A stretch of DNA of 30,908 nucleotides from positions 1 through 30,908 of IMG/VR virus record IMGVR_UViG_3300036801_000124; one strand, 5' to 3'. Under the pieces are notes generated by a model. It did not search any database and had not been told where the DNA came from. It saw only the letters and a list, made by a program, of their open reading frames with translations. Positions 16,701 to 23,880 of the stretch are shown here, in pieces (the first letter of the stretch is position 1; every line of letters begins with the position of its first letter). This stretch comes from a virus (Duplodnaviria > Caudoviricetes). Both the position numbers and the translations under genes were made by a program.

Positions 16701-19700
16701 CCCCGTTCAACTCGGCGTACTTTTTCACCGGGCTGACCCAGTCTCCCGGGTTGATCTCGGTGACGTTCTCCGGGACGGCGCGGTAGATCGTGACCATCGC
16801 GCTCGGGTCGCCGTGGACCTTGTCGATGATGTCGAAGGCTTCTTGGTCCATGTCCGCCTGCCCGGTCCCGTAGATGCGAATGGCAGGCACGACCTTCGGC
16901 TGGTAGGCGACCTGGATGTTCTTCGAGTAGATGTCTCGCGGATACAGGTCGTGCTGGGTGAGGTCGTACATCGGCGCGTTGTAGCCGTCGTCGGTCGGGG
17001 CGCGATGCTGGATCTTGTAGGTGTCGTCTTCGGGCTTCGGCTCGGTCGGGCTGACGTGGATCGAAACTGACGGCTCGGTGTCGCCCTCCCAGATGCCGGT
17101 GACCTTGTCGATCCCGTCGATATGGACGCCGTACGCGTCCGCCGATTTCTTCGCGTCCTCAATGAACTGCTGGTACTTCGCCGAGTCGTAGAAGCCGACG
17201 GCGTTGTCGATGCCAGCCCGGAACGGCGTGATCCCGATGTCGATGGACTGATCCGGCATCTGCGCCATCACGGTCGGCGGCACCTCGGCCGGGACGGGCG
17301 GCTTCACAACCGTCTTCGTCGCGTCGAACGCCGACTGCGGCGGAATCCCCATTTTCTCGCTGAAGTCGCGCGCCTGCTGGAGCAGCGTCGAGATCGGCTC
17401 GTCGATCCGCTCGACCTTGATCGGGTGCGGCACGTCCGTGCCGGTTTGGTAGTCGCGGCCGAGGGACGCGGCCCAGCGGTGGTGGCCGTCGAGAATGTAG
17501 TTGTCGCTGGAGATCACGACCGGGTTGCTGGCGATAGGCGTCGCGCCCTCGGTCTCCATCTCGTCCATCGTCTTCGCGATCTTCGGGCCGTCCAACTCCG
17601 TCTGCGTGGCCCGCAGTGACTCCGGATTCACCATCTCCTCCTCGACCTTCACGCCCTGGTCGCGGAGCGACTGGAAGAATGGCTCCGAGATGTCACGCCA
17701 CGGCGACGGCTTCCCCTCGAAGATCGTGCCCGGCAGCTTCTCGGCCGGTGAGCCGGGGATCGGGAGGCCCGCCATCTGTGGCATGTCGATGCGCGGGATC
17801 CCGAGCGAGTCCTGCGTGAACAGGTTCGTCCCCGGCACCGACACCTTCCCGAGGTCGAGGCTGGGTGCCTCCTTGCCCGCCTTCTGCGCGTCGGCGGCCA
17901 TCTTGCCGAGGTCGTCGATGAACGTGTTGACCTCGCTGGTCTGCGCGAGCCGGACATTCTTTCCGGCGGCCAGTTCCCTCGCCGCCTCCTCCACGCTAGA
18001 GGTCGTGAGATCCGGCTCCGGCCACGGCACCCTGACCTGCCCGGCCTCGCTCGTGACGAGGTTCTTCAGGTCGTCGCCGATGGTCTGGATGAGTCCCGGC
18101 TCTTGCTCCGCCTCGCTCTGACCGGCAGCGACAGGTGCTTCCGTGTACGTGAGGGTGCAGCGACAGTTGATCGTCTCGCCCGGCTCACCGTTCGGGTCGC
18201 CCGGGAACTGAAGCTGGTCGCCGCCAACCTCGAACGTCGCGTCTTGCGGGACGGTCTGGCCGTCGAGCCCGGCGTAGTCCTCGTGGCGCGGGTAGCGCGC
18301 GCCGGGCGCGGTGTGCCAGACCTTGTTGTATTTCTGGCCGGTGACGGACGCGACGAGTTGGGTCGCGGCGAGCGAGCCGCCGTTCACGGCGCGGGCGAGT
18401 TCGGTGCGCGCGATCATCGTCGATCTGACCTTCGAGGCAGCCTTCATGCCGTCGCGGATCAGTCCGGCAGTCTGCGGCACCGTGAGCCCGTTCTGATAAG
18501 CCGAGCCAATGATCTTCATAAGGTTCGCGCGTGTTGTCATCGCGATGTTCGTCACCTGGCTCGCGCTGACGGCGAGCATCTGCGCGGTCAACGGATTCGA
18601 CACGTCCCACGAAAGCCCGGCCTGCTCCAGCGCCGGAGTCATCGTCTGCTCGATCATCGCCCTCCGGACAGGGTCGGTCTTGGCGAGGATCTGCTGGACG
18701 AGCGCGTTCACGTCGATCAGTTCGTCCGGGTAGGGCGGCGTCCACGACGCGGCGGCCGTGAGGGCGCGCACGCCGACGAGCGGCAGCGCAACCTCCTCGT
18801 CGTTGCCTCTGACGATGTGGAGCGAGTCGAAGTGGAGCGGGGCACCGGAGGCTGATTCGGGATAGCTACCTACCTCTTCTGCCGCTCCCGCCAACGCCGA
18901 GTCGCTTCGCGTCGGCAAGCGAGACAGATCCCCCAACCGCGACTGTCCCGCCGCTCGTAGCGCGTCCCGTGGATCGAACACACGGCTTGCCCCGGGTTGT
19001 GAATCTGACCGTGCTCCGAGTTCGTGACGGCCTGCATGTGTCGTGTATTCAGACACCGGCCCTTCCGGCAGCGATGATGCAGGTGAACCGCCGAGGGCAG
19101 GTAGCCCTTCTCCACCATCCAGACGATCCGATGGGCTTGAATCGGTCGCCCCGAAACCTTCACCTGCACGCTCGCTGCCGACGGGTTCCTCTCGCAGATC
19201 AGGCAGTCGCCGTCCGGTCTCGCCTCCGCGAGCAGTCGTCCCGCTTGCTCCTCCAACGTCAGCGCTCGCATTGGTTAGGCCCACATTACCGTCGTTCACC
19301 GTCAAGTGAGGCAGGAAGCCGTGGTCGCGGCTGAAGTTGATGCCCGCATCGAGGAGCGCTTCAGCGACGGCTGTACGCGTCTCTACGAGGCCGCGCACGT
19401 CCGGCAGAAGGATTCCCACCCCTGGCGGATCGAACGTCCCGTAGCCGCCGACAACGCCGGAGAGAGGCGCATACGAAGCCGCAACGGGCTTCAGGGCGTC
19501 GGCGATCTCCTGCAACGGCTGATCGGTCTCGCCGAGGTAGGCGAGGGTGACATGCAAAATCTCGGGCGGGTCGCCGTCAGGGTCAGCGAGAGCGGCGGCC
19601 TCGACCGGTCGCGGCTTCAACGCGATCATGGTCGAAGTCGAGGCCACATCCGCATTCGCCGCCGACGCGCCGAAGTGGCGGAGCGCCTTGTCCTGGAACC

Positions 19701-19857
19701 GCGCCGCCGCCTTCGTGCCAGCACGGGCGAGGATCGTCTCGATGATCGTGGCGAGCCGTGGCTCCAGATCATCGACGCGCTTCTGCGCCGCCTTCACGAC
19801 GGCGTTGTGCTCGCGCGCACTGACCTTCGGGCGTTGCCGACGTTCGACCGCCGCCAT
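13786..19857 (-). CDS. MuF-family minor head protein fused to multiple enzymatic domains
   Basis: Directly after the portal. 2H motifs HVT/HLT (~19550, ~19305); MuF IARTE...KVW...H...DGQ.V...F.VGG..L.FPGDP......INCRC (~18150-18750); ParB-like ILDGHHRW (~17480); GNAT FEGQGYA (~16250); VIP2/Alt-like ART LYR...SLTT...EHEVL (~14900-15550); DUF3626-like RPVYGYL...TFTIGDS...YVEVEIHGG (~14110-14570). Confidence 0.85.
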   Translation of the reverse strand: MAAVERRQRPKVSAREHNAVVKAAQKRVDDLEPRLATIIETILARAGTKAAARFQDKALRHFGASAANADVASTSTMIALKPRPVEAAALADPDGDPPEILHVTLAYLGETDQPLQEIADALKPVAASYAPLSGVVGGYGTFDPPGVGILLPDVRGLVETRTAVAEALLDAGINFSRDHGFLPHLTVNDGNVGLTNASADVGGASGTTARGGETGRRLPDLREEPVGSERAGEGFGATDSSPSDRLDGGEGLPALGGSPASSLPEGPVSEYTTHAGRHELGARSDSQPGASRVFDPRDALRAAGQSRLGDLSRLPTRSDSALAGAAEEVGSYPESASGAPLHFDSLHIVRGNDEEVALPLVGVRALTAAASWTPPYPDELIDVNALVQQILAKTDPVRRAMIEQTMTPALEQAGLSWDVSNPLTAQMLAVSASQVTNIAMTTRANLMKIIGSAYQNGLTVPQTAGLIRDGMKAASKVRSTMIARTELARAVNGGSLAATQLVASVTGQKYNKVWHTAPGARYPRHEDYAGLDGQTVPQDATFEVGGDQLQFPGDPNGEPGETINCRCTLTYTEAPVAAGQSEAEQEPGLIQTIGDDLKNLVTSEAGQVRVPWPEPDLTTSSVEEAARELAAGKNVRLAQTSEVNTFIDDLGKMAADAQKAGKEAPSLDLGKVSVPGTNLFTQDSLGIPRIDMPQMAGLPIPGSPAEKLPGTIFEGKPSPWRDISEPFFQSLRDQGVKVEEEMVNPESLRATQTELDGPKIAKTMDEMETEGATPIASNPVVISSDNYILDGHHRWAASLGRDYQTGTDVPHPIKVERIDEPISTLLQQARDFSEKMGIPPQSAFDATKTVVKPPVPAEVPPTVMAQMPDQSIDIGITPFRAGIDNAVGFYDSAKYQQFIEDAKKSADAYGVHIDGIDKVTGIWEGDTEPSVSIHVSPTEPKPEDDTYKIQHRAPTDDGYNAPMYDLTQHDLYPRDIYSKNIQVAYQPKVVPAIRIYGTGQADMDQEAFDIIDKVHGDPSAMVTIYRAVPENVTEINPGDWVSPVKKYAELNGDGNLGQDLESHVISMQVPASQVFTDANSVLEWGWSPPNLERFNLDARAHAFSANLGKSYNQDGVLLFRARTPALDYAPEGADAALDGFKVEYEDYSYEYPPRPHPSKIGKLMKVTDKEGNSLGHFDFYTKPEDPDHVYIGLLALDKKFEGQGYARAMLARVSRDLKRSVVHGNFSTLDGVQFGMGMAARNPDWNLLQLSTDKSGNPVFWKLGDKIDADAQAFDAIPFDQVGGETRPKLQPLIDSLTINVKPTGDDLMATFRTATPQDKVLAAMKSAGVSGGRFTSDGRLQVIGSGADFVKQLTKLGHDLGGYDVKRGTLSMIERDTGDYQKALDEFSRPKGVTATDVPTADTPTVKTARGEAIIAPEWPEMDKLINAPPQKTWLDNLSAADKKILDDWTQTGYIDINDFLAGKKLDPKKLQWYRTKKEVETAADNLKRVVESAPPLPPDTTLYRAVKANGIDPNLSETYNQIEQDIIGKMGLGNAALAQARLRETFKEQTDALANWAQKKYRVGSYVKMGEPGEVESLTTDAALASGYANPYRPGLIFRVEKAHTGAPIWPYSSHIGEHEVLAPPETMYRVKSVTVNHMEDVFPEDHPLVPGDTGADRVVVTIEEAPKCATAAESSLVAVFSYGVSCTDVAKPVPDGITHPTPTVGSGDFFPGQPRDIAEAAVQHRDKQIAQYAADHHMTSGEYKAAAKEVISSYVRAHPQIRIRVTPETLAEIVKDGRYKTEYELPGVTPEMAASRAEAERNMFGYPAGADPVERPVYGYLSGTADEGGIVQEYGDLILNLDPSVNARATFTIGDSYRAAIRGELSPSLLADPGIGSWTGDFDIVKAYESGNLEDISRYVEVEIHGGLTSAEIGGITPDMALIQSREDARRVREAVEAVTELYANNKGTQQASPQTEQAGIPTEPPTSFDFYKSLRDIGKAANARQGALADLLARVGLAGKVVDNYQDFKILSDVANLRI
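18870..19271 (-). CDS. HNH homing endonuclease nested in the +1 frame of the MuF gene
   Basis: DGDCLI, AHRIVW....G.LP....LHHRC....CLN..HM.AVT..EH (HNH_3-like) and C-terminal C.IHG...C.ACRR Zn motif. Confidence 0.85.
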   Translation of the reverse strand: MRALTLEEQAGRLLAEARPDGDCLICERNPSAASVQVKVSGRPIQAHRIVWMVEKGYLPSAVHLHHRCRKGRCLNTRHMQAVTNSEHGQIHNPGQAVCSIHGTRYERRDSRGWGICLACRREATRRWRERQKR

Positions 19858-19861
19858 CAGG

Positions 19862-21805
19862 TCAAGCCTTCGCGAGGACGCCAGTGATGTAGACGTGGAA
19901 CTGCGGCGGCAGCGGCGACGGCTTCATGTCGTACAGGGTGCGGAGCGCGTGACGTTCGATCTGGTCGAGCAGCAGCACCCGCGTCGCCTCCGGCAGATCC
20001 CACATCATGAACGTCTCCTCGACCACGGCGCGGGCGTTGCCGACGAGATCGGTCTCGTCGCCGACGAGCGCACGCACGCGGTCGCGCTTCAGGAACGCAG
20101 CGATGTCGCGAGCACGGATCTGGTTGCGCTCGATCTCCGCACGGATCTCGGGATCGCGGTTCGCGAACGACAAGATCCGGTTGCCCGCCTGCTCACGGAA
20201 GCGCATGACAGCGAGGTCGGCCGCACCAGCGATTCGGGCAGCCGCCCCAGCGGCTTCGAGGTTCCCGGCCTCAGCCTCGCCCGGCTGGCCTCCGTTCCCG
20301 TTCGGACCTCCGGCGGGCGGGCCAGTCTCGACCTCGGCCCCGGTCGTCGGCCCGGTCACCGGCGTCCCAGCGGTGCCCGCCGGTGACTCGACCACTCCAG
20401 CCTCCGGCTCGATGCCACCAGCCTTCACGGACGGGATGCCGTAGAGGGCAAGTGACCCGTCGCGGACGGCGACGCCGATCATCTCGTTCAACTCGTCCTG
20501 CGTCGGGGCGTCGGTCTCGTCGAACGCGGCCGCCTCGCGAAGCGCGGTCTTGCCGATGGCGCGCTTGTCGTAGAGATCCTTCGCGTCCTTCGTGCGGTCC
20601 GGATGGTTCACGACATCGGACGCGTCGTAGAGGATCGCGTACATCTCCCAGTCCGGCTTGTTGATCTCGCGCAGCGACGGGAGGAAGAACGAGGTCGTGA
20701 GGTCGCCGACAAGCTGGTTCGCGGCTGGCTGGCCGTGCGCCTTCCACGTCTGGTCGTCCACGATCCAGCCCGTCCAGTGGTTCGCGTCGGTCAGGCCGAG
20801 CAGGATCTCCGGCGGCATGTCGAGGCCGAGCGCGATCCGCTTGATGATCTCGTAGCGCAGCCCCGTCTCCGGGTAAAGCTGGGTCGGATCAACGATCTGG
20901 ATGTGGCGGAGGCCGTTCTGGATGGCGTCGGTTGGGCCTCTGACGACGATGGGGACGATCTGGGACGCCGCACCCTCGTTCATGATCGGCGCGAGCATCG
21001 CGTCACGGAGATCGCGCAGGAACGGGTCCATGTCCACGTCCTCGTCCGGTGTCGCCTCGACCGGCGCGTGGCTGAAGTCCTCCGAGATCGCGAGGATGCC
21101 CGTTCCGGCGAGGCGCGAGCGTGCGCGAGCGCGGACGGCGCGCGTCAGCAGCAGTAGCTCCTCGCAAAGATCGAGGACGCCCTTCATCGGCGCGTCGGCG
21201 AGCATCGAGTAGCGCGGATGGCGACGCCAGAGCCGGTAGACGACGGCCGTGTCCTCGTCGATGGGCTCGAAGTCGTCGTCGTCGATCTCGTGGAGCGTCT
21301 GCGCGTTCATCGTCGGCGCGCGGTACCGGACGTACGTGTTGCCCTGGACGCGAAGCTCGTCGGTGCTCAGCATCTCCCACTGCTCCAGCTTCGTCTTCTC
21401 GTTGATCGAGCAGAGCAGGTACGCCTCACCGGTGACGAACATCAGGCGGCCGTACGAGGAGAGCAGGCCCTCGCGGTCGCCATCGCCGCCACCCGGGTCG
21501 CGAATCCGGTCGAGGAGATCCTTCGCGTCGGGATCGTCGGTCTCTTCCCACTCGCCCTCGGCGTTCTTCTTCGCCGGGTAGAGCTTCAGCAACGACAGCA
21601 TCCGGGCGTAGAACTGGCTCGCGTACCAGATCTCGCCGAGCGCGTCGTAGTACGAGAACGAGCGTGCCTGCCACGGCTGGATGAGCCGCCGCATCTGGTC
21701 CGCGTCGGTCTTGCCGACACGGGAGCCAGCGGCGGTGAGCGCTTCGCGACCCGCGCCTACGTTCGGGTTGCCCGCTTTCGGGCGGCTCCGGCCCCAGAGG
21801 GCCAT
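19862..21805 (-). CDS. Phage portal protein
   Basis: PWQ..S..YYD.LGEI.YA, L.V.GEAYL, RLWR.HP.....AD.P, R.RL.G.GIL, A...VPIV, I.R.A.GLD.PPE.LLG..D.NHW..W, as in actinophage (mycobacteriophage cluster-B-like) portals. Confidence 0.88.
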   Translation of the reverse strand: MALWGRSRPKAGNPNVGAGREALTAAGSRVGKTDADQMRRLIQPWQARSFSYYDALGEIWYASQFYARMLSLLKLYPAKKNAEGEWEETDDPDAKDLLDRIRDPGGGDGDREGLLSSYGRLMFVTGEAYLLCSINEKTKLEQWEMLSTDELRVQGNTYVRYRAPTMNAQTLHEIDDDDFEPIDEDTAVVYRLWRRHPRYSMLADAPMKGVLDLCEELLLLTRAVRARARSRLAGTGILAISEDFSHAPVEATPDEDVDMDPFLRDLRDAMLAPIMNEGAASQIVPIVVRGPTDAIQNGLRHIQIVDPTQLYPETGLRYEIIKRIALGLDMPPEILLGLTDANHWTGWIVDDQTWKAHGQPAANQLVGDLTTSFFLPSLREINKPDWEMYAILYDASDVVNHPDRTKDAKDLYDKRAIGKTALREAAAFDETDAPTQDELNEMIGVAVRDGSLALYGIPSVKAGGIEPEAGVVESPAGTAGTPVTGPTTGAEVETGPPAGGPNGNGGQPGEAEAGNLEAAGAAARIAGAADLAVMRFREQAGNRILSFANRDPEIRAEIERNQIRARDIAAFLKRDRVRALVGDETDLVGNARAVVEETFMMWDLPEATRVLLLDQIERHALRTLYDMKPSPLPPQFHVYITGVLAKA

Positions 21806-21809
21806 TCAG

Positions 21810-21986
21810 CTACCCGCGAGCGGGCTCGCGAGTCACGGTCGGCCGGGGCTCCGCTGCCGGGCGGTCAGGCCCGTGCCACGTGAACCCGCCGTCGCCGCCG
21901 TTCTGGGACGCGCCCGGCTGCTGCCGGACCGTCTCGCGCGGGACGCGCGCCGCCGTCTGAGCCGAGCCTCCACATCCGCAACCCAT
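21810..21986 (-). CDS. Small protein with an MGCGCGG N-terminus (58 aa, not in the ORF track)
   Basis: AGGGAG SD; the CGC-type N-terminal motif is common in small actinophage proteins near structural genes. Confidence 0.65.
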   Translation of the reverse strand: MGCGCGGSAQTAARVPRETVRQQPGASQNGGDGGFTWHGPDRPAAEPRPTVTREPARG

Positions 21987-22014
21987 TTCGTCTCCCTGTT
22001 CGCTTTTGCCCGCC

Positions 22015-22029
22015 GAGGCTACTACGAGG
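22015..22029. repeat. 15-bp motif GAGGCTACTACGAGG, copy 2
   Basis: Identical to 5687-5701. Confidence 0.55.
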
Positions 22030-22189
22030 GTTTGTCGCCTCCCTCGCGCGTGTGCGCGTCGCCGGTCAGCGCGTACCCCTGGCCTTCGCGAAGGATGTTC
22101 TCCAGTCGTGCGCGCTCGCGAGGGTCTGTCGCCGCTTCGAGTTGAGCCCGAAGCTCCGCTAGAACAGCCTCGCTGTAGAACGTCTTCAC
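22022..22189 (-). CDS. Small helical hypothetical protein
   Basis: GTGA coupling to the upstream membrane gene. Confidence 0.55.
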   Translation of the reverse strand: MKTFYSEAVLAELRAQLEAATDPRERARLENILREGQGYALTGDAHTREGGDKPS

Positions 22190-22656
22190 TTTGCAGGTGG
22201 CGGCGGTGACAGCGCGTACGAGTAGTGGTTCGGCGGCTCGGCGAGGCCGACGGCCGGTGCGGGGTGCTCGCCGACGGTCAGGACGCCTTGTACGGCTCTG
22301 GCTCCGGCGGTGAGCGCTCCGAGGATGACCGCGACGGCCAGCGACCCGGCAGTGCTGAGGTTCGGGGCTCCCGCGATCCCGGGTAGCGCCACGATCAACG
22401 CGGCGACGAAGCCCTGGAGGAAGGAGTCGGCCCAGTCGCCGTACGGGTGGCCGAGGTACTTCGCGAGCGCGAGCCCGGGCAGGTACGCCTGGATGACTCT
22501 GAGCCCGGCCGCGAACGCGCCGACGAGGGCGGCGACGCCGAAGAGGGCGAGCTTGTTGAGGCTCGGAGCGGCGGCGATTCCGACGGCGTAGGTGATGATC
22601 GAGGCCACGAGCGCTCTGAGGAACGCGCGGCCTGCGGTGCTGAGAACGTGAAGCAC
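22186..22656 (-). CDS. Four-TM holin-like membrane protein built from two repeats
   Basis: AGGAGG SD before GTG22656; repeats FL..xVA.I....GIA.AP.L...........GA..AG.R..Q..L. Confidence 0.65.
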   Translation of the reverse strand: MLHVLSTAGRAFLRALVASIITYAVGIAAAPSLNKLALFGVAALVGAFAAGLRVIQAYLPGLALAKYLGHPYGDWADSFLQGFVAALIVALPGIAGAPNLSTAGSLAVAVILGALTAGARAVQGVLTVGEHPAPAVGLAEPPNHYSYALSPPPPAK

Positions 22657-22721
22657 GGGTGGCCTCCTGGAAGTCGGTTGTCGCCGCGAAGCGTGGCACG
22701 AGGGGGCCTCGGGAGCCTGAG

Positions 22722-22739
22722 CGCAGGTCGCGACCTGCG
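22722..22739. repeat. Perfect 18-bp intergenic palindrome CGCAGGTCGCGACCTGCG
   Basis: Seen directly; lies in the ~97-nt gap upstream of the holin-like gene. Confidence 0.7.
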
Positions 22740-22753
22740 GCGGTGGGGAGCGC

Positions 22754-22963
22754 CTAGCCCGGGCTGGCGGTGCCAGCGCGAAGCACGTACTCCGCCGACC
22801 CACGAGGTATATACCGGAACACGAGGCCGTCGTGGATGTCGTTCATGAGCATGACCTCGCCGAACCGCATCAGTTCGGCCCGGATCTGGTCGCGGTCCTT
22901 CACGAGGCAGCGCCTCGGGGTGCCGCCCTCGCCCATCGCCTGAATGTACGTGTCGGGCTTCAT
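22754..22963 (-). CDS. Hypothetical protein
   Basis: ATGA coupling at 22960-22963. Confidence 0.55.
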   Translation of the reverse strand: MKPDTYIQAMGEGGTPRRCLVKDRDQIRAELMRFGEVMLMNDIHDGLVFRYIPRGSAEYVLRAGTASPG

Positions 22964-23130
22964 GCGGCGATCCATGCGGCGATCCCATATGCAACCCAGA
23001 GCGACGCCGCGCCGAGCGTGACCACGATGACGAGCGCGTGGTAGTGGCTTCGGTTTTGCGCGCTAGCCCAGCCCCACGCGACGAGGATGGAGTAGAGGAT
23101 CGCGCTGCCGAGATAGATGACGGCGGTCAC
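22960..23130 (-). CDS. Small two-TM membrane protein (56 aa, not in the ORF track)
   Basis: VTAVIYLGSAILYSILVAWGW...ALVIVVTLGAASLWVAYGIAAWIAA; coupled at both ends. Confidence 0.65.
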   Translation of the reverse strand: MTAVIYLGSAILYSILVAWGWASAQNRSHYHALVIVVTLGAASLWVAYGIAAWIAA

Positions 23131-23390
23131 GGTGAAGCAGGCTCGGCAGCGAGGATCTTCTGCACGAACTCAGCGGCCAACGCGCCGCTATTGAACGGGA
23201 CGCGGAACGCAGCCTGGCCACACGAAGCGCAGAGGTACCAGACAGACGACTCGTGCTGAAGGATCTCCCAGGACGGGCCGCCACCGCACGCCGCGCACGA
23301 CCGCCGCAGCGTGCGCGTCCAACCGGTAGCCGCCGTCCGGAGGATTCGCTTCTCTTGCTTCTGCTGGCGGCGTCGCTCGCTGCGGTTCAC
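23127..23390 (-). CDS. Zn-ribbon protein
   Basis: MNRSERRR start; CAAC...CASC. Confidence 0.6.
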   Translation of the reverse strand: MNRSERRRQQKQEKRILRTAATGWTRTLRRSCAACGGGPSWEILQHESSVWYLCASCGQAAFRVPFNSGALAAEFVQKILAAEPASP

Positions 23391-23539
23391 TCCTCCTCCT
23401 CGCAGTAGGGACAGACCTTCGGCTCCTCCGCGTGGAACGAGATGCCGCCGCACACGTCGCACTGGTACGCGAACGGGCGGCTGAGACTCGACGGGTGTGA
23501 GTCGGGCAGGTCGCAGTCGTGGAGGCGCGTGAAGGTCAC
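23387..23539 (-). CDS. Small Zn-ribbon protein
   Basis: CDVC...CPYC; GTGA coupling. Confidence 0.55.
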   Translation of the reverse strand: MTFTRLHDCDLPDSHPSSLSRPFAYQCDVCGGISFHAEEPKVCPYCEEEE

Positions 23540-23880
23540 GGGTCCCAGTTCTTTGCGATTAGGCCGACCGCCGCGCTCAGCGCGAACGGGGCGAGGCCGT
23601 ACAAGACCTCGGTAGGCACGAACAGCCAGAGCACGTAAACGAGGCACGACAGCCAGAAGCCGATGCACCACGGACACGCCAGGAACTTAGCGAGGACCGG
23701 CCGCGTGTGCGTGCCGCGCTCGTCCGTGGCGAAGACCTTGACGCCCCGGTTGCGTTCGTTACGGCCGCCGAGCCAGTCGCGGGCGCGGACGGCGTACGGC
23801 CAATCGTCCCAGCCGATCAGGCGGACGATCCGGAAGGTGCCGAGCGCGAGCACGACGGCGATCCACGGCGACGGGATCAT
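23536..23880 (-). CDS. DUF1360-like membrane protein
   Basis: LA.GTFRIVRLI..D...R; FL.CPWC.GFW; hydrophobic tail. Confidence 0.75.
   Translation of the reverse strand: MIPSPWIAVVLALGTFRIVRLIGWDDWPYAVRARDWLGGRNERNRGVKVFATDERGTHTRPVLAKFLACPWCIGFWLSCLVYVLWLFVPTEVLYGLAPFALSAAVGLIAKNWDP

Noticed and set aside
18850-19300. Classical group I/II intron explanation
   Set aside because: Only tens of nucleotides separate host-like sequence from the nuclease ORF, and no P7/core or domain V motif was recognised. Not formally excluded without RNA data.
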